DNA of 18,271 nt from a virus (Duplodnaviria; Heunggongvirae; Uroviricota; Caudoviricetes). The DNA lies in IMG/VR virus record IMGVR_UViG_2872698443_000001; one strand, given 5' to 3'. Both the position numbers and the translations under genes were made by a program. The notes under the pieces were generated by a model. It was not told the origin of the DNA. It saw only the letters and a list, made by a program, of their open reading frames with translations, and searched no databases. Shown in pieces: positions 15,227-18,271 of the stretch; the stretch's first letter is position 1; every line of letters starts with the position of its first letter.

Positions 15227-15356
15227 CAGGCCGCATGGACGGGGTGGGGGAGGTTTTCAGGACAAACCTCAAGGTGCCAGGCACCGCCCGCCCCCTCAAA
15301 TTTTTACGCACGGTGATTTTTTTGAAAATAAAACGCGATGGAAACGAGAAATTTTT

Positions 15357-15713
15357 ATGGCAAGACCACCAAAACCGCCAGCTTACCTTGATGAGTTAGC
15401 CGCGCAGCAGTGGAAAGCGAAAGCGAAGCAACTGGCCGAGCGTGGCGATCTGACACCCGCCGACTGGAACAACCTTGAGCTTTTTTGCGTCAACTATTCG
15501 ATGTACCGCAAAGCAGTGGAAGACCTTGCCAGCCGTGGGTTCAGCATTGTTAACAGCCAGGGGGGCGAGAGCCGAAATCCTGCACTGAGTGCAAAGGCCG
15601 ATGCTGAAAAAATCATGATTAAAATGTCGTCGCTGCTGGGCTTTGATCCGGTAAGCCGCCGCCGTAACCCGGTAGAAACGGAAGAGGAGGACGAGCTTGA
15701 CCGTCTGGAATGA
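15357..15713 (+). CDS. Terminase small subunit, P27-like (118 aa)
   Basis: From internal Met: MARPPKPPAYLDELAAQQWKAKAKQLAERGDLTPADWNNLELFCVNYSMYRKA... matches the P27-family TerS pattern. The 56 codons upstream in the track ORF are low-complexity and probably not translated. Confidence 0.8.
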   Translation: MARPPKPPAYLDELAAQQWKAKAKQLAERGDLTPADWNNLELFCVNYSMYRKAVEDLASRGFSIVNSQGGESRNPALSAKADAEKIMIKMSSLLGFDPVSRRRNPVETEEEDELDRLE

Positions 15714-17358
15714 GTACGCAAATGCGATAAAAACGGGCGAAATTCCGGCCTGTAAGCGCGTAAAACAGGCCGTGGAAAGGTACTTTTCAGACCTGAATGA
15801 CCCCCGATATGAGTTCGATACGGCGACCGTAGAGCGGTTTATTGCGTTCTCGCGGCTCTGTCCTCACGTCAAAGGCCCGCTTCGGGGCCAGCCAATCGAT
15901 CTGGAACCGTGGCAGCAGTTCGCCTTTGCTAACCTGCTGGGCTTTAAAGTCAGAGAGACAGGCCGCCGTAAGTACAGCAGCGCCTTTATTGAGGTGCCGC
16001 GCAAGAATGCCAAATCCACCGTGGCCGCCATGCTGGCTAACTGGTTTCTGGTAATGGAGAAGGGCCAGCAGGATATCTATACGGCGGCGGTGAGCCGGGA
16101 TCAGGCCCGAATCGTGTTCGACGATGCCCGCCAGATGTGCCTGTTGTCAAAACCGCTGAAAAAGCGCGTAAATATTCAGGCGCATAAAGTCATTTTCCCG
16201 AAGAGCAACAGCCTGCTAAAGCCGCTGGCGGCGAAAGCGTCCACCATTGAAGGGACTAACCCCAGCCTAGCGATTGTCGATGAGTACCACCTTCACCCGG
16301 ATAACGGCGTTTATTCCGCCCTTGAGCTGGGTATGGGCGCACGTCCTGAGGCTATTTTGTTCGCCATAACGACCGCCGGGAGTAACGTTGTCTCAGCCTG
16401 TAAACAGCATTACGACTACTGTTGTCAGATTCTGGCCGGGGAAGAGAGCAACGATTCGCTGTTTGTCCTGATCTACGAGCTGGACGACGAAAGCGAGGTT
16501 GAGCAGCCTGAAATGTGGATCAAGGCCAACCCTAACCTGCATGTGTCCGTTGACGCGGCGAAGCTGGAATCCACCATCCAAAAAGCGCGGGGTATACCGT
16601 CGCAATGGGTGGAGATGCTGACCAAGCGTTTCAATATCTGGTGTCAGGGTTCTACACCGTGGATGGGTGCCGGGGCATGGGATGCCTGTGCACTCGATTA
16701 TGCCGAAGAAGATCTGGTCGGGATGGAGTGTTACGCCGGATTTGACCTGTCCTCAACCAGCGATATTACCAGCGTGAGTTACGCTTTCCCGTTTGAACGC
16801 GAGATCAGGCTTCTTACTCGGCACTATCTGCCCGAAGCGCAGCTACTTAACGTTGCTAACAAAAACCGCGCCATCTATCGCCAGTGGGTAAAAGCGGGCT
16901 GGATACGAACCACCCCCGGCGACTGTATCGACTATGACCGCATCCGTGACGATATCCTGCGCGATGCTGAAACATTCAATATCCGGCTGGTGGGCTTTGA
17001 TACGTGGAACGCCACTCACTTGCGAACCCAGTTACAGGGGGCCGGCCTCGATGTGGAGCCGTTCCCGCAAACCTATCTGAAATTCAGTCCGGTAGCGAAA
17101 TCTTTTGAGGTTTTTGTTAACCGCAAGGTGGTGCGCCATCGTGGCGATCCGGTTCTGGCTTGGGCGATTGGTAACGTGGTGATGGAGTCCGACGCCAACG
17201 CCAATATCAAACCCAACAAAAAGAAATCCTCCAACAAGATAGACCCGGCGGTTTCTGCACTCATGGCGTTCGGCACATTCCAGGCAGAACACGAAGATTT
17301 TGCTTTCGATATGAGCGACAGTCACAAAGAGCGACTGGCTTTATTTAATGGGATTTGA
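15697..17358 (+). CDS. Terminase large subunit (553 aa, TTG start)
   Basis: GAGGAGG RBS 6 nt upstream of the TTG start; overlaps the terS stop; size and ATPase/nuclease architecture typical of TerL. Confidence 0.9.
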   Translation: MTVWNEYANAIKTGEIPACKRVKQAVERYFSDLNDPRYEFDTATVERFIAFSRLCPHVKGPLRGQPIDLEPWQQFAFANLLGFKVRETGRRKYSSAFIEVPRKNAKSTVAAMLANWFLVMEKGQQDIYTAAVSRDQARIVFDDARQMCLLSKPLKKRVNIQAHKVIFPKSNSLLKPLAAKASTIEGTNPSLAIVDEYHLHPDNGVYSALELGMGARPEAILFAITTAGSNVVSACKQHYDYCCQILAGEESNDSLFVLIYELDDESEVEQPEMWIKANPNLHVSVDAAKLESTIQKARGIPSQWVEMLTKRFNIWCQGSTPWMGAGAWDACALDYAEEDLVGMECYAGFDLSSTSDITSVSYAFPFEREIRLLTRHYLPEAQLLNVANKNRAIYRQWVKAGWIRTTPGDCIDYDRIRDDILRDAETFNIRLVGFDTWNATHLRTQLQGAGLDVEPFPQTYLKFSPVAKSFEVFVNRKVVRHRGDPVLAWAIGNVVMESDANANIKPNKKKSSNKIDPAVSALMAFGTFQAEHEDFAFDMSDSHKERLALFNGI

Positions 17359-17508
17359 GCATAAAGCGTAAAGGAAGAATTATCTTGAGGTTATCAGGAA
17401 TATAAAATTGCTCTAGATCACTACATTGCTGTCGTGGAATAGGAAGAGTCTGTTTTGTTGTTTATAAATGTATTGCAGGGCTTTTCCTGTTCAAACTTCT
17501 GGTGAAAT

Positions 17509-17817
17509 ATGACTGATAAATGGGCTGATTACCTTATTTCTAAAGTCCGATATAACGATAAACACACTCACATTACCCATGTGTATGTGCATGTCGATAA
17601 TGGCGATACTGTTGGAGAAGGGACATCAGAAACACGGCAGTGGGTAGTGAATAAAATCGATAGCGGCTATACCTTTTACACCATTTTCAAAGGTGATGAC
17701 GGTAAGTGGAAGAAAGGTCAAAAAGTGGTTAAGGACCGTGTCAACGGTACTGATTACATTACTACTAGACCTAATGGTACATCCAAGGATAACTTAGAAA
17801 ACCTTCCTGAGTACTAA
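17509..17817 (+). CDS. DUF3892-like protein (102 aa), terminal cargo gene
   Basis: HITHVYVHV... and ...TTRPNGTSKDNLENLPEY motifs match my recollection of DUF3892 proteins; AT-rich; sits between terL and the right att repeat. Confidence 0.65.
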   Translation: MTDKWADYLISKVRYNDKHTHITHVYVHVDNGDTVGEGTSETRQWVVNKIDSGYTFYTIFKGDDGKWKKGQKVVKDRVNGTDYITTRPNGTSKDNLENLPEY

Positions 17818-17842
17818 ACACTTTGGTTACTAAAGGCATAAA

Positions 17843-17870
17843 GCATCAGAATTGTTCTGGTGCTTTTTTG
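17843..17870 (+). terminator. Rho-independent terminator after the DUF3892-like gene
   Basis: GCATCAGAA-TTG-TTCTGGTGC hairpin (one G-U pair) followed by TTTTTTGTTTGTT. Confidence 0.65.
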
Positions 17871-17885
17871 TTTGTTCAGCCAAAG

Positions 17886-17908
17886 CTGTATAAACATCTG
17901 TATAAACA
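17886..17908. promoter_or_regulatory. Second tandem TGTATAAACA pair, candidate arm-type integrase binding sites on the opposite arm
   Basis: CTGTATAAACATCTGTATAAACA matches 1115-1137 at 22/23 positions in the same orientation, 4 bp from the right att repeat. Confidence 0.45.
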
Positions 17909-17911
17909 ATA

Positions 17912-17989
17912 ATAAAAAAGGCGCATCCCCATGCCGAGTAGCGCCTTTTTATTCAATAACATAGCTGAAATGTATCAGTTCATGCCGTA
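17912..17989. repeat. Right copy of ~78-bp imperfect direct repeat; includes the fis terminator and the last five fis codons
   Basis: See 908-985; this copy is contiguous with the intact fis gene (stop at 17975-17977). Confidence 0.8.
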
Positions 17990-18271
17990 TTTTTTCAATT
18001 TTTTACGCAGCGTACCACGGTTGATGCCCATCATCAGCGCAGCACGGGTCTGGTTACCACGGGTGTATTGCATCACCATGTCCAACAGGGGCTGTTCTAC
18101 TTCAGCCAGTACCAGCTCATAGAGGTCATTCACATCCTGACCATTCAGTTGAGCAAAATAGTTCTTCAGTGCCTGTTTAACCGAGTCACGCAGGGGTTTT
18201 TGGGTTACCTGATCCTGAGAGTTAACGGTAGAAACGGTCAGTACGTCAGAATTTACGCGTTGTTCGAACAT
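17975..18271 (-). CDS. fis: DNA-binding protein Fis (complete, 98 aa; host gene)
   Basis: Translation is recognised as Fis, ending ...[13 protein letters not shown]; the ORF exactly fills the window end. Confidence 0.95.

Larger units (their letters stand above)
908..17989 (+). mobile_element. Integrated ~17 kb phage satellite (cf-PICI-like, P4-like replication module) inserted between fis and yhdJ
   Basis: Flanking direct repeats; integrase at one end; alpA, helicase with iterons, and a head and packaging module without tail or lysis genes; host genes on both sides. Confidence 0.85.

Noticed and set aside
15189-15356. N-terminal 56 codons of the track ORF preceding terS (MNGSCGNASATADRPHGRGGGG...)
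   Set aside because: Gly/Pro/Arg-rich low-complexity translation of the GC-rich intergenic region; the conserved TerS sequence begins at the internal Met (15357).
908-17989. Interpretation as a complete temperate prophage
   Set aside because: No tail, baseplate, tail-fibre, holin or endolysin genes anywhere between the att repeats, and the element is only ~17 kb; satellite/PICI is the better fit.
17931-18122. 63-aa plus-strand ORF overlapping fis
   Set aside because: Antisense to the complete fis gene and spanning its terminator.

Overview
This window looks like an enterobacterial (E. coli-type) chromosome in which fis (17975-18271, minus) and yhdJ (1-891, minus), normally neighbours, are separated by a ~17 kb integrated element. 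The element is bounded by ~78-bp imperfect direct repeats (908-985 and 17912-17989) that duplicate the fis 3' end and terminator. It encodes a tyrosine integrase, an AlpA-family regulator, a small antisense ribbon-helix-helix protein, a P4-alpha-like SF3-helicase replication protein followed by a TGTTCACC iteron array (ori), and a complete HK97-type head and packaging module (capsid, prohead protease, portal, two head-completion proteins, HNH endonuclease, TerS, TerL). No tail, lysis or tail-fibre genes are present, so the gene content is that of a capsid-forming phage satellite (cf-PICI-like, with P4-like replication), not a full prophage. Cargo comprises a gene next to int that is split by an intact IS1 with a perfect 9-bp target-site duplication, a terminal DUF3892-like gene, and a visibly AT-rich minus-strand two-gene operon (9137-10694: 344-aa soluble protein plus 173-aa four-helix membrane protein). 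That operon is my best candidate for an uncharacterised anti-phage or abortive-infection system. All calls rest on reading the sequence and ORF translations and on recalled family signatures; no database search was run.
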